Source of the DNA: Oscillospiraceae bacterium
Lineage (GTDB): Bacteria > Bacillota > Clostridia > Oscillospirales > Oscillospiraceae
Direction of reading: 5' to 3'
Assembly (NCBI GenBank): GCA_022795905.1
Contig: JAAWHO010000001.1
Location: 1 to 50,343 of the forward strand
DNA: 50,343 bases
How positions within the stretch are numbered: position 1 is the stretch's first letter; the number at the start of each line of letters is the position of its first letter. The notes under the pieces were generated by a model. The model ran no database searches. It was not told where the DNA came from and saw only the letters and a list, made by a program, of their open reading frames with translations. Both the position numbers and the translations under genes were made by a program. Positions 37,755 through 45,877 of this stretch are shown one piece after another.

Positions 37755-38570
37755 TTATGGTAGCTGCTGCTTCTGGCACAGACAGAATGGGTGCCCAGCA
37801 GGGTCAAGCATGGTTGTGAAATGTTCTCCGCCAAACTGGGCTTTTGCTTGGACTGCCCCTAAGAATTCTGCTTTTTTGACGGCTTCTGGAACATCCTCTA
37901 CCTGGAAGTCAAAGTGCATCTGCTTCTGCTGCGCTCCCTCCTCCTCGGGCCATACGGGCGGTATGTATTCCGGTACGGTGGAGAATAGAAATGCGATGCC
38001 GTTTGAGCTCCGTACTGCCGGACATCCGTACATACAGCACTGTTCCCAGCCCAGCAGCGTTCCATAAAATTTCTGGAGCGTCTCCGCGTCCGGACAGTCC
38101 ACCATCACATTGCCCAGCGTCGTTTCCTTGCTTGTGCTGCCTGCGAATTTCTCATAGGATGCCCGGTCTTTGCTGTTAAAAACTGGATCCGGCCCGTTTC
38201 GATAGGGGTCGTACTGCTCTGGTTCACAGCAGTATTCCACCAGGCTGCTGATTTTTCCGCCCTCCGTCCAGCGGGCCACGGACACGCCCTCAAATCCGGT
38301 GGGGGGCTCCTTCCCCATTTGGCACTGGAAAAACCAGGTCACCGCCGTCTGGTCCCCGCTGTGGAAAAACCGGTGGATGTCCCACACCAGTACCCGGCCC
38401 CGCGTGTTCCACTCCCGGAACCAATGCCCGATAGCGGCGCTGCCGCGGTAGGCTGGCCCCCAGCTCTCCGTATACGCGGCATCCTCGGTAAAAATGTCCC
38501 GGATGCCGAAATCCTCGCCCCGCAGCCACATATCAAACCATAACCGTATGGTTTCTTCCCGTCGGTCCAT
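37755..38570 (-). CDS. SnoaL-like (NTF2 fold) / VOC (glyoxalase-bleomycin resistance fold) fusion protein
   Basis: 271 aa. The N-terminal half resembles a SnoaL-like polyketide cyclase domain. The C-terminal half (MVDCPDAE..FYGTLLGW..MHFDFQVEDV..MLDPAGHPFCL) resembles a VOC domain. Confidence 0.6.
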   Translation of the reverse strand: MDRREETIRLWFDMWLRGEDFGIRDIFTEDAAYTESWGPAYRGSAAIGHWFREWNTRGRVLVWDIHRFFHSGDQTAVTWFFQCQMGKEPPTGFEGVSVARWTEGGKISSLVEYCCEPEQYDPYRNGPDPVFNSKDRASYEKFAGSTSKETTLGNVMVDCPDAETLQKFYGTLLGWEQCCMYGCPAVRSSNGIAFLFSTVPEYIPPVWPEEEGAQQKQMHFDFQVEDVPEAVKKAEFLGAVQAKAQFGGEHFTTMLDPAGHPFCLCQKQQLP

Positions 38571-38585
38571 TTGAACTCCTCCTTA

Positions 38586-39854
38586 TTATCCGGCCTGGTC
38601 GAACAGGCTCAGTTGCTCCAGCTCCGCTCCGGGCAGGGCGGCCCGCTCCGCCGCGATCAGATTCCTCAAAATGCTGTCCTGCCGCTGGCTGATTCCATCC
38701 AGGAGCTTTCCCTTACAGGTGATGAAATACTGGGCCCTTTTCATCACAACCCCCAGTTTGTGGAGGTCCTCATGGTCCAGCTTCCTGGCCCGGCGGGCAT
38801 ACAGGATCCGCCGGACGGAGATCATCCCCATCCCCGGCACTCGCAGAAGCTCTTCCCGGCTGGCGGTGTTTACCTCTACGGGGAAGAATTCCGGGTGGCT
38901 CAGCGCCCAGCTGCACTTTGGGTCCACCAGGGGGTTGAAGTTGGGGCTATCCTCGTCCAGCAGCTCCTCCGCTCGGAAGCCGTAAAACCGCAGCAGCCAG
39001 TCCGCCTGGTACAGCCGGTGCTCCCGCAGCAGGGGAGGCTTGGTGTCCAGGGCCGGCAGCAGCGTGTTCTCCACCACCGGCACATAGGCGGAATAGAACA
39101 CCCGTTTTAAACGGTACTTGTCATACAGCGCCTGGGTCAGCGACAGGATATGCCGGTCCGAGTCCTCCGTGGCCCCGATAATCATCTGTGTGCTCTGCCC
39201 GGCAGGGGCAAACCTGGGCGTATGGCGGTATTTGACAAGCTCCTCTTTATTTTCCAGCAGGGTGTTCTTAATCAGCCCCATAGGCCGAAAAATTGCCTTT
39301 TTTGTCTTGTTGGGAGCCAGGACCGTCAATCCCTGCTCTGAGGGCAGCTCGATATTCACGCTCAGCCGGTCCGCCAGCAGTCCCAGCCGCGTCACCAGCT
39401 CCGGGGCCGTACCGGGGATGGCTTTGGCGTGGATATATCCGTTGAACCGGTACTGGTTCCGCAGCAGCTCCAGACAATAGATCATCCGTTCGGTTGTATA
39501 GTCCGGACTCACCAGCACGCCGGAGGACAGAAACAGCCCCTCGATATAGTTTCGACGATAAAACTGGATGGTCAGATCGGCCAGCTCCTCCGGGGAGAAC
39601 ACCGCCCTCCGGGTGTCGTTGGAGCACCGGTTGACACAGTATTTACAGTCGTAGACGCAGCAGTTGGTCATCAGCACCTTCAGCAGGGTAACGCACCGCC
39701 CGTCAGCGGAGAAGGTGTGACAGCATCCGGCGGTGGAGGAGGAGGTATTGCCGATATGCCCCTTTTTGTGCCCCCGCTGGGCTCCGCTGGAGGTGCAGGC
39801 GGCGTCATATTTTGCGGCGTCTGTCAGAATAGTCAGCTTGTCCATCACATCCAC
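38586..39854 (-). CDS. putative DNA modification/repair radical SAM protein (TIGR03916-like)
   Basis: 422 aa with a radical SAM cluster motif CVYDCKYCVNR and a C-terminal helix-hairpin-helix-like region (LLRVPGMGMISVRRIL). GTG start 7 nt after AGGAGGG. Confidence 0.8.
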   Translation of the reverse strand: MDVMDKLTILTDAAKYDAACTSSGAQRGHKKGHIGNTSSSTAGCCHTFSADGRCVTLLKVLMTNCCVYDCKYCVNRCSNDTRRAVFSPEELADLTIQFYRRNYIEGLFLSSGVLVSPDYTTERMIYCLELLRNQYRFNGYIHAKAIPGTAPELVTRLGLLADRLSVNIELPSEQGLTVLAPNKTKKAIFRPMGLIKNTLLENKEELVKYRHTPRFAPAGQSTQMIIGATEDSDRHILSLTQALYDKYRLKRVFYSAYVPVVENTLLPALDTKPPLLREHRLYQADWLLRFYGFRAEELLDEDSPNFNPLVDPKCSWALSHPEFFPVEVNTASREELLRVPGMGMISVRRILYARRARKLDHEDLHKLGVVMKRAQYFITCKGKLLDGISQRQDSILRNLIAAERAALPGAELEQLSLFDQAG

Positions 39855-39873
39855 CTGGTATCCCTCCTGAAAA

Positions 39874-39906
39874 CGTTTGTTCTATAAATATATAATAGAA
39901 CAAACG
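39874..39906. promoter_or_regulatory. 33-bp operator-like palindrome overlapping the radical SAM gene promoter
   Basis: CGTTTGTTCTAT-AAATATATA-ATAGAACAAACG: perfect 12-bp arms spanning the -10 box and part of the spacer. Confidence 0.5.
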
Positions 39907-39920
39907 GACGGGAAAGTCAA
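39892..39920 (-). promoter_or_regulatory. putative promoter of the radical SAM operon
   Basis: Minus strand: TTGACT (39920-39915), 17-nt spacer, TATTAT (39897-39892). Confidence 0.5.
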
Positions 39921-39944
39921 GAGCGGAATCCTGGAAATTCCCTC

Positions 39945-39973
39945 TTGACAAAACGAACAGATGTTAGTATACT
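39945..39973 (+). promoter_or_regulatory. putative promoter of the TetR-flavodoxin unit
   Basis: TTGACA (39945-39950), 17-nt spacer, TATACT (39968-39973). The spacer contains CGAACAGATGTTAG. Confidence 0.5.
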
Positions 39974-40008
39974 GAGGAAAACTAACGATTGTTCGTGCGG
40001 AGGCGGCG

Positions 40009-40620
40009 ATGACAACCAAGGAAAAGATTCTGGAGACAGCGCTGGAGCTCTTCTCTCAGCGGGGATACGGCGGGGTTTCTGTCCGGGAGATCGCCCGGGA
40101 GGTTGGAATCCGGGAGAGCTCCCTGTACAACCATTTCGAGGGAAAACGGGCCATCTTTGACGGCATTGTGGATATTTGCCTTCGGCAGTCGGAGGAATAT
40201 TTCCGCTCCGCCGCGCTGCCCTTTGAGGAGGGGGACGACACCGCTGTTTACCGGGGAATCGGGATGGACCGGCTTCAGGAGCTGATTGAGCAAACCTTCC
40301 GCTTCTTCTTTGACGACCCCTGGAACGCCCGGTTCCGCCGTCTGCTGCTGGTGAGCCAGTTTGCCGATCCCCGCTGCCGGGATATCTACCGCCGGCTCTA
40401 CCGGGACAAGTTCATTGAAATTCAGACATATATTTTCTCGGCCCTGATGGATGCCGGGGAGCTCCGGCGGGAGGATCCGGCTGCTGTGGCGGCGGAGTTT
40501 TATGGCCCCGTGTTTATGCTCCTCCACACCTGTGACACGTTTGAGGAGGCCCGATCCGCTGTCCGGATCCATGTGGAACAGTTCCGAAAAAATTATGGAC
40601 AGAGGCCGGATTTTGTTTGA
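40009..40620 (+). CDS. TetR/AcrR family transcriptional regulator
   Basis: N-terminal HTH: ILETALELFSQRGYGGVSVREIAREVGIRESSLYNHF. Confidence 0.85.
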   Translation: MTTKEKILETALELFSQRGYGGVSVREIAREVGIRESSLYNHFEGKRAIFDGIVDICLRQSEEYFRSAALPFEEGDDTAVYRGIGMDRLQELIEQTFRFFFDDPWNARFRRLLLVSQFADPRCRDIYRRLYRDKFIEIQTYIFSALMDAGELRREDPAAVAAEFYGPVFMLLHTCDTFEEARSAVRIHVEQFRKNYGQRPDFV

Positions 40621-40637
40621 AAACGGGAGGATATGCC

Positions 40638-41150
40638 ATGAAGAAGACGGTTGTTATTTATTGCAGCAAAACGGGATTTTCTGAAAAATACGCCCGGTGG
40701 CTTGCGGAGGAGCTGGGGGGCAAGGCGGTATCCTATGGAGAGAGGAGAGGGTTGGAGCTGGCAGTGTTTGACACGGTCGTCCTGATTGGCGGATTGTATG
40801 CCGGAAATATGGCTGGGTTGGGCTGGCTGAAAAAGCAGCTGCCCCATCTGGCCGGAAAGCGAATTGCCGCTGTAGCGGTGGGCTGTGCGCCGGTGGACAC
40901 CCCCAGCTTGCCGGAGAGTATGGAAAAGCTCTTTGGCGGTACGCCGGAGATCCGGGGCTTTTACTGCCAGGGCGGACTGGCCTACGACCGGATGAGCCCG
41001 GTTCACCGGATGATGATGGCGGCGCTGCGGGCCTCCCTGCGGGGAAAGCCGGAAAACGCGGCGATGCTGGAGGGAATCTCCCGATCCTTCGACGGAACCA
41101 GACGTGGGAATCTGGCGGAGGTCATCGCCTGGGCAAAAAGTGAGAGGTGA
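40638..41150 (+). CDS. flavodoxin domain-containing protein
   Basis: 170 aa; MKKTVVIYCSKTGFSEKYARWLAEEL flavodoxin-like N-terminus. Immediately follows the TetR gene. Confidence 0.7.
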   Translation: MKKTVVIYCSKTGFSEKYARWLAEELGGKAVSYGERRGLELAVFDTVVLIGGLYAGNMAGLGWLKKQLPHLAGKRIAAVAVGCAPVDTPSLPESMEKLFGGTPEIRGFYCQGGLAYDRMSPVHRMMMAALRASLRGKPENAAMLEGISRSFDGTRRGNLAEVIAWAKSER

Positions 41151-41174
41151 GGGGAGGACCCTCACCTCTTTTTC
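41143..41174. terminator. bidirectional terminator shared by convergent genes
   Basis: AGAGGTGAGGG-GAGGA-CCCTCACCTCT followed by TTTT. Both genes' stop codons lie inside the stem. Confidence 0.6.
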
Positions 41175-41701
41175 CGCCGCTTGAACCAATAGAGCGCCGT
41201 CAGCCGGTTCAGCATTCTGTCCAGGAGCAGAAATGTCGCATTTCCCACGACAAGCATTCCGGCAATCCCCCACATGGTATACCCGGCGAATTCTGCCGCA
41301 ACCGCCTCCAGTCGGAAGAGATATAGGATGAGCAGATACATGACCGTCATGGACATCGTAAAAACCCCGCACTTGACCAAAGCACGCAAAACTCCAGGCA
41401 GACGGTCCAGTCTCTCCCGACAGGCGGGATACCAGCCCAGAAAAAGGTAAAAGAGAGCCAGCTCCTTGTCTGCTGCCAGCAGTACCGTCAGAGCCGCGGA
41501 GGCGGCATAGACCATCAGGCCGGTTTGGGCTCCATACTCACAGATTACCGGAATAAGGCAGAGCATAGCCAGCATGGGACAGGCAAAGGTGGCCAGCGGC
41601 ACAAAACTTCCCATGGCCAGCAGGGTCACGGACAGAGCCGTCATCAGCCCGCACAGGGCCAGACGGCGGCTCTGCCGGCGGAAGGTTTGATGTTTGTTCA
41701 T
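41162..41701 (-). CDS. hypothetical integral membrane protein
   Basis: 179 aa, about five predicted TM helices, basic C-terminus. Family not recognised with confidence (faintly like an ECF S-component). Confidence 0.6.
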   Translation of the reverse strand: MNKHQTFRRQSRRLALCGLMTALSVTLLAMGSFVPLATFACPMLAMLCLIPVICEYGAQTGLMVYAASAALTVLLAADKELALFYLFLGWYPACRERLDRLPGVLRALVKCGVFTMSMTVMYLLILYLFRLEAVAAEFAGYTMWGIAGMLVVGNATFLLLDRMLNRLTALYWFKRRKKR

Positions 41702-41734
41702 GGCAGATACCTCGAAAAATTTTTTCTGTAGAGA

Positions 41735-41835
41735 ACGTCAAAAATCCTGACCACCGGGCCGCCCCATACAGGCCGGTCTGTAGGGGACGCCGCCTTCGGC
41801 GGTCCGCTGGCTGCAATTTTGAAGACGGCTATAGT
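41735..41835. repeat. GC-rich hairpin element in the leader of the membrane protein gene
   Basis: Minus strand reads GGACCGCCGAAGGCGGCGTCC, then CCCCTACAG-ACCGGC-CTGTATGGGG, then CGGCCCGGTGGTCAGGATTTTTGA. It lies downstream of the putative promoter TTGACA-17-GATACT. Confidence 0.4.
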
Positions 41836-41932
41836 ATCAGTCATTTTCTTGGAAATGTCAACCTGGTCAGGTAAATTTCCAAAATGAAAAACAGCCAATC
41901 TGCCGAGGAAACCGGTTTGAACAAGCCTCCAA

Positions 41933-41979
41933 TTTTGTTGACATTTTCAACAAAAACCGTTTGAACTTTTTGTTGAAAA
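41933..41979. promoter_or_regulatory. triple 9-mer / 13-bp perfect inverted repeat upstream of the antiporter gene
   Basis: TTTTGTTGA (41933-41941), TCAACAAAA (41947-41955), TTTTGTTGA (41968-41976). TTTTCAACAAAAA-10 nt-TTTTTGTTGAAAA is a perfect IR. It overlaps the candidate promoter TTGAAC-17-TACCAT. Confidence 0.4.
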
Positions 41980-42020
41980 GTGCTACCATACACTCTGCAA
42001 AATAAGAGAGGTGTATTGCT

Positions 42021-43322
42021 ATGGAAACTATGGAAACCATTTTGATCTGTCTGTCCTTCTCTCTGGTGGGAGGGCTGCTCATGTCCCGGCTGGCAAAGAA
42101 GCTGGGCCTGCCCGCCGTCACGGCCTATCTGATCGCGGGGCTTCTTCTGGGGCCCTACTGCCTGGGGGCGCTGGGCTTCAGCGGCCTGGGCTTCAACAGC
42201 GAGGAGCAGGTCAACGCGCTGAATATTCTCTCCCAGGTGGCGCTGGGCTTCATCGCCTTCACCATCGGCAATGAGTTCCGCATGAGCCAGCTGAAAAGCA
42301 TGGGCCAGCGGGTCATCGTTGTGGGCATCCTCCAGGCGGTGGTCACCACTGTTCTGGTGGATATCGCCCTGGTAGCGCTCCACTTCATCAAGCCCGACCT
42401 CATCAGCATCTCCTCTGCCATCACCCTGGGGGCTATTGCCGCCGCCACAGCGCCGGCGGCTACCCTGATGGTGGTGCGCCAGTACAAGGCCGACGGCCCC
42501 ATGACCCACCTGCTGCTGATGGTGGTGGCTCTGGACGACGCGGTGGGCCTGGTGCTTTTCTCTGTGTCCTACGGCGTAGCTGCCGCCCTGGAGAGCGGCA
42601 CGGTGAGTTTGCTGAGCGTGCTGGTGGAGCCTGTGGTGGAGATTGCCCTGTCCCTGGGGCTGGGCGCTCTGGCGGGGTGGGTGCTGTACCGGGTGGAGAA
42701 GTATTTCCACTCCCGGAGCAAGCGTCTGTCCATCTCCATCGGCTTCGTGCTTCTGACGGTGGGGCTGTCCATGGTGGAGTTTGATATCGGGGGCCTCCAC
42801 TTCGGGTTCAGCCTGCTGCTGGTGTGCATGATGACCGGCACCGTGTTCTGCAACATCTGCGACTTCTCCGAGGAGCTTATGGAGAGGGTGGACAGCTGGA
42901 CCGCGCCGCTGATGGTGCTGTTCTTCGTCCTCTCCGGCGCGGAGTTGAATCTGAAGGTCATTTCCAATCCCATGGTGCTGCTCATCGGTGTCGTGTATAT
43001 CGCCTTCCGCTCCCTGGGCAAGTATACGGGTGCCTATGTCAGCTGCGCGGCCACGGGATGCAGCCCTAACATCACCAAGTATCTGGGCATCACCCTCCTG
43101 CCTCAGGCGGGCGTAGCCCTGGGCATGGCCCTGACGGCGCAGAACCTGTCGGATGGGACCATGGTCCGCAGTGTGGTGCTGTTTTCCGTGCTCATCTATG
43201 AGCTGGTGGGGCCGAACCTGACCAAGTGGGCGCTGACTGCCTCCGGAGAGATCCAGCCCGAGGGCCGGACCTCCGCCCGCCGGGCCAACAAGCCAAAGAA
43301 GCCCATCAGTCTGGAACATTAA
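42021..43322 (+). CDS. cation:proton antiporter (CPA2 / Kef-type family)
   Basis: 433-aa polytopic protein with N-terminal LGLPAVTAYLIAGLLLGP typical of sodium/hydrogen exchanger family proteins. Confidence 0.8.
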   Translation: METMETILICLSFSLVGGLLMSRLAKKLGLPAVTAYLIAGLLLGPYCLGALGFSGLGFNSEEQVNALNILSQVALGFIAFTIGNEFRMSQLKSMGQRVIVVGILQAVVTTVLVDIALVALHFIKPDLISISSAITLGAIAAATAPAATLMVVRQYKADGPMTHLLLMVVALDDAVGLVLFSVSYGVAAALESGTVSLLSVLVEPVVEIALSLGLGALAGWVLYRVEKYFHSRSKRLSISIGFVLLTVGLSMVEFDIGGLHFGFSLLLVCMMTGTVFCNICDFSEELMERVDSWTAPLMVLFFVLSGAELNLKVISNPMVLLIGVVYIAFRSLGKYTGAYVSCAATGCSPNITKYLGITLLPQAGVALGMALTAQNLSDGTMVRSVVLFSVLIYELVGPNLTKWALTASGEIQPEGRTSARRANKPKKPISLEH

Positions 43323-43350
43323 CACAGGTATTTCAGCAGACGGCGCATCG

Positions 43351-43389
43351 GGCCGCCGCACCCTGGGAAATTTGAAGGGTGCGGCGGCC
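43351..43389 (+). terminator. stem-loop downstream of the antiporter gene
   Basis: GGCCGCCGCACCC-13 nt-GGGTGCGGCGGCC. The T-tract is only distal (TGTTTTTGC about 15 nt later). Confidence 0.4.
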
Positions 43390-43491
43390 TTGGTGCGCTG
43401 CTGTTTTTGCTTTGTGAAATCGGCCCTTTCTTTCTGCGGGATGATATGGTACAATACCCGGGAGCAAACAGATAAAGAGAGGAGACAAGCC

Positions 43492-44370
43492 ATGTACGAA
43501 CTGATCCAGGTATCGGAGAAGTGCTTTTACATCCAGAGCCCGGCCAAAATCGGCCTGGTGCGCCTGGAGGGGGAGGACGTGTGCCTCATCGACAGCGGCA
43601 GCGACAAGGACGCTGGCCGGAAGGTCCGGCAGATCCTGGACGCCAACGGCTGGACCCTCCGGGCCATCTACAACACCCACTCCAACGCTGACCATATCGG
43701 CGGCAACCGCTATCTCCAGAGCCAGACCGGGTGCCGCATCTATGCTCCGGGAATCGAGTGCGCCTTCACCAGATATCCCGTTCTGGAGCCCTCCTTCCTG
43801 TACGGCGGATTTCCTTGTCAGGACCTGCGGCACAAGTTTTTGCTGGCTCAGGAGAGCGGGGCGGAGGAGCTGACGGCCCAGGCGATGCCCCAGGGACTGG
43901 AGGCGTTTGCCCTGCCGGGGCACTTCTTCAGCATGGCGGGGTACCGGAGCGATGACGGGGTGGTCTATCTGGCGGACTGCCTGTCCAGCCGGGAGACACT
44001 GGACAAGTACAGGATCGTATTTATCTATGATGTAGCGGCCTATCTGGATACCCTTCAGCGGGTGGAGACCATGGAGGCCAGGTGCTTCATCCCGGCCCAT
44101 GCCGAGGCCGCGGAGGACATTGCGCCCCTGGCGCGGTACAACCGGGAGAAAACCCTGGAGACGGCGGAGAAGATCATGAGCATCTGCTGGGAACCCACGT
44201 GCTTCGAGGCGATTTTGCAGCGGCTGTTTACGGATTATGGCTTAAAGATGGATTTCCGGCAGTACGTCCTGGTGGGCAGCACAGTCCGCTCCTATCTCTC
44301 CTGGCTGAAGGATACGGGGATGATGCAGGCGTCCTTCGAGGACAACCTCCTGCTGTGGCAGAAGGTGTAG
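43492..44370 (+). CDS. MBL fold metallo-hydrolase
   Basis: THSNADHIGGN (HxHxDH-type motif). GAGAGGAG upstream of ATG 43492. Confidence 0.8.
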   Translation: MYELIQVSEKCFYIQSPAKIGLVRLEGEDVCLIDSGSDKDAGRKVRQILDANGWTLRAIYNTHSNADHIGGNRYLQSQTGCRIYAPGIECAFTRYPVLEPSFLYGGFPCQDLRHKFLLAQESGAEELTAQAMPQGLEAFALPGHFFSMAGYRSDDGVVYLADCLSSRETLDKYRIVFIYDVAAYLDTLQRVETMEARCFIPAHAEAAEDIAPLARYNREKTLETAEKIMSICWEPTCFEAILQRLFTDYGLKMDFRQYVLVGSTVRSYLSWLKDTGMMQASFEDNLLLWQKV

Positions 44371-44471
44371 AAAGCGGAGGAAGAGGGGGCGGACCGCGCA
44401 TTCCGGCTTGTCAGAAGGGGAGATATCTGGTATAATGGAAAAAACAGCAGTTAGCTTGGGAGTGATGTACA

Positions 44472-45188
44472 GTGATTGATACCATTTTATTTGACCTGGA
44501 CGGGACCCTGGCGCCGTTTATGCAGGACGAATTTATCAAAGCCTATTTTCACGCGCTTCTCCGCCGCTTGACCCCTATGGGCTACGACGGGGAGAAGCTG
44601 ACAAGGGCCCTGTGGAAGGGCACGGCGGCCATGGTGTCCAACACCGGGGCGGAGACCAACCGCCAGGTATTCTGGAGCTCCTTCGTGGAGGACCTGGGGA
44701 TGGAGGTCCTGAGCCTGGAGAGCATTCTGGAGGATTTCTATCAGCGGGACTTTGACGCGGTGAGCGCTATTTTGAAGGAGCCGGCGGACCGGAGCGGCCT
44801 TATCCGGCGCCTGCGGGAGCGGGGCTACGGCCTGGTGCTGGCAACCAACCCGATCTTTCCGATGACAGCGGTGGAGACCCGCCTGAGCTGGGTGGGGCTG
44901 TGCGGGGAGGACTTTGATCTTGTCACCAGCTATGAGAACAGCCGCCACAGCAAGCCCAATCCCGACTATTATCGGGGTATTCTGACGGCCATCGGGAAAA
45001 CGCCGGAGGCGTGCCTGATGGTCGGCAACAGCCCGGTGGACGATATGGCCGCGCTCCAGGCGGGTATAGATGTCTATCTGGTCCTTGACTGCATTGAAAA
45101 CCCGGAGAACCACCCCATAGACCAGTACCGCCGCGGCAGCTTTGCCCAGCTGGAGGCGTATCTGGATACTCTGCACGCTTGCCGCTGA
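44472..45188 (+). CDS. HAD family hydrolase
   Basis: ILFDLDGTL motif I, LATN motif II and GNSPVDD motif IV. GTG start. Confidence 0.8.
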   Translation: MIDTILFDLDGTLAPFMQDEFIKAYFHALLRRLTPMGYDGEKLTRALWKGTAAMVSNTGAETNRQVFWSSFVEDLGMEVLSLESILEDFYQRDFDAVSAILKEPADRSGLIRRLRERGYGLVLATNPIFPMTAVETRLSWVGLCGEDFDLVTSYENSRHSKPNPDYYRGILTAIGKTPEACLMVGNSPVDDMAALQAGIDVYLVLDCIENPENHPIDQYRRGSFAQLEAYLDTLHACR

Positions 45189-45197
45189 TACGAAGCG

Positions 45198-45815
45198 ATG
45201 ACGATGGACGGGATACGGAGAGCAGACTATATTGTCTGGGTCGGAAACGAGGCGCTCTGCGTCCGGAATGTCAAAGAGGGAGAAAGTACAAATATCCCTC
45301 TGCGTCCCCGGGAGGAGATCCCCTATGTTCCCAGGTTCTATGCGGTATGGGAGGAGGGGGAAGGCGGACGGAACGGAGCGTCCTGCCGGGAGGTGTTTAT
45401 CCGGGCGCTGGGCGGACGCCTGCGGGCCCGCATGAGCCGTGTTGTGCTGGCAGTACCGGACGACATTGTCTGGGTGGAGAAACGGGCCCTGGAGGACTTC
45501 GCTCTGATGGCCGGCACTGGCGGGGTGGGCAGACGGCTGTTTTTCTGCCCCCAGGGCGAGGTGCTGCGGGGGTCCGGGGAGCGATATATCGGGGTGACCT
45601 GGAGCAGCCGGTGCTGGAGTGTTTCGCGTGTCCGGGAGGGCTCTGCGGAGAGGAAGCTCCATCTGGATATCGCCAGGAGCGGCCCGGAGGAGTTGGCTTC
45701 CGCTGTCAGGACGCTGGATGCCGGGGAGCGCCTGCCAGTATATTATCCGGGGATTGAGGACGCGCCGCTGCCGGTGGACTTTGGAAGCGCGGTGTCCCTG
45801 GAACAGATTTTTTAG
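45198..45815 (+). CDS. hypothetical protein with a degenerate actin/MreB-like segment
   Basis: 205 aa with coding-like GC3 bias. RVVLAVPDDIVWVEKRALEDFALMAG resembles the MreB/Hsp70 segment around the phosphate-2 region, but the nucleotide-binding glycine motifs are absent. Confidence 0.5.
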   Translation: MTMDGIRRADYIVWVGNEALCVRNVKEGESTNIPLRPREEIPYVPRFYAVWEEGEGGRNGASCREVFIRALGGRLRARMSRVVLAVPDDIVWVEKRALEDFALMAGTGGVGRRLFFCPQGEVLRGSGERYIGVTWSSRCWSVSRVREGSAERKLHLDIARSGPEELASAVRTLDAGERLPVYYPGIEDAPLPVDFGSAVSLEQIF

Positions 45816-45840
45816 TGCGCTTCCCTCAGAGAACATTTGC

Positions 45841-45877
45841 CAAGGGGGATTTCATCCAAAAGATAAAATCCCCCTTG
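45841..45877. other. perfect 12-bp stem-loop at the edge of the low-GC segment
   Basis: CAAGGGGGATTT-13 nt-AAATCCCCCTTG, with no adjacent U-tract on either strand. Confidence 0.4.

Noticed and set aside
39874-39906. The AT-centred palindrome as a dif (XerCD) site or a canonical LexA box.
   Set aside because: dif sites are asymmetric, with a conserved TTATG-type arm, whereas this is a perfect palindrome. Its GTTC-N15-GAAC geometry is inverted and too widely spaced for a Cheo box. An operator for another repressor is more likely.
41735-41835. A possible riboswitch. CCCGGTGGTCAGGA is faintly like the guanidine-III CCCGGUCAGGA core. A c-di-AMP (ydaO) riboswitch was also considered because a cation antiporter is adjacent.
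   Set aside because: Only a short partial match to guanidine-III, the gene context is wrong (no SMR exporter), and the element faces the other gene. The ydaO hallmarks as I recall them (for example CAGCUAACC and GGGGUGAAUC-type motifs) are absent.
41698-41898. A 66-aa ORF upstream of the membrane protein gene, with an ATGA overlap.
   Set aside because: It contains the predicted promoter (TTGACA-17-GATACT) of the downstream gene and translates a GC-rich hairpin repeat (GRPVWGGPVVRIFD-type sequence). It is most likely non-coding leader.
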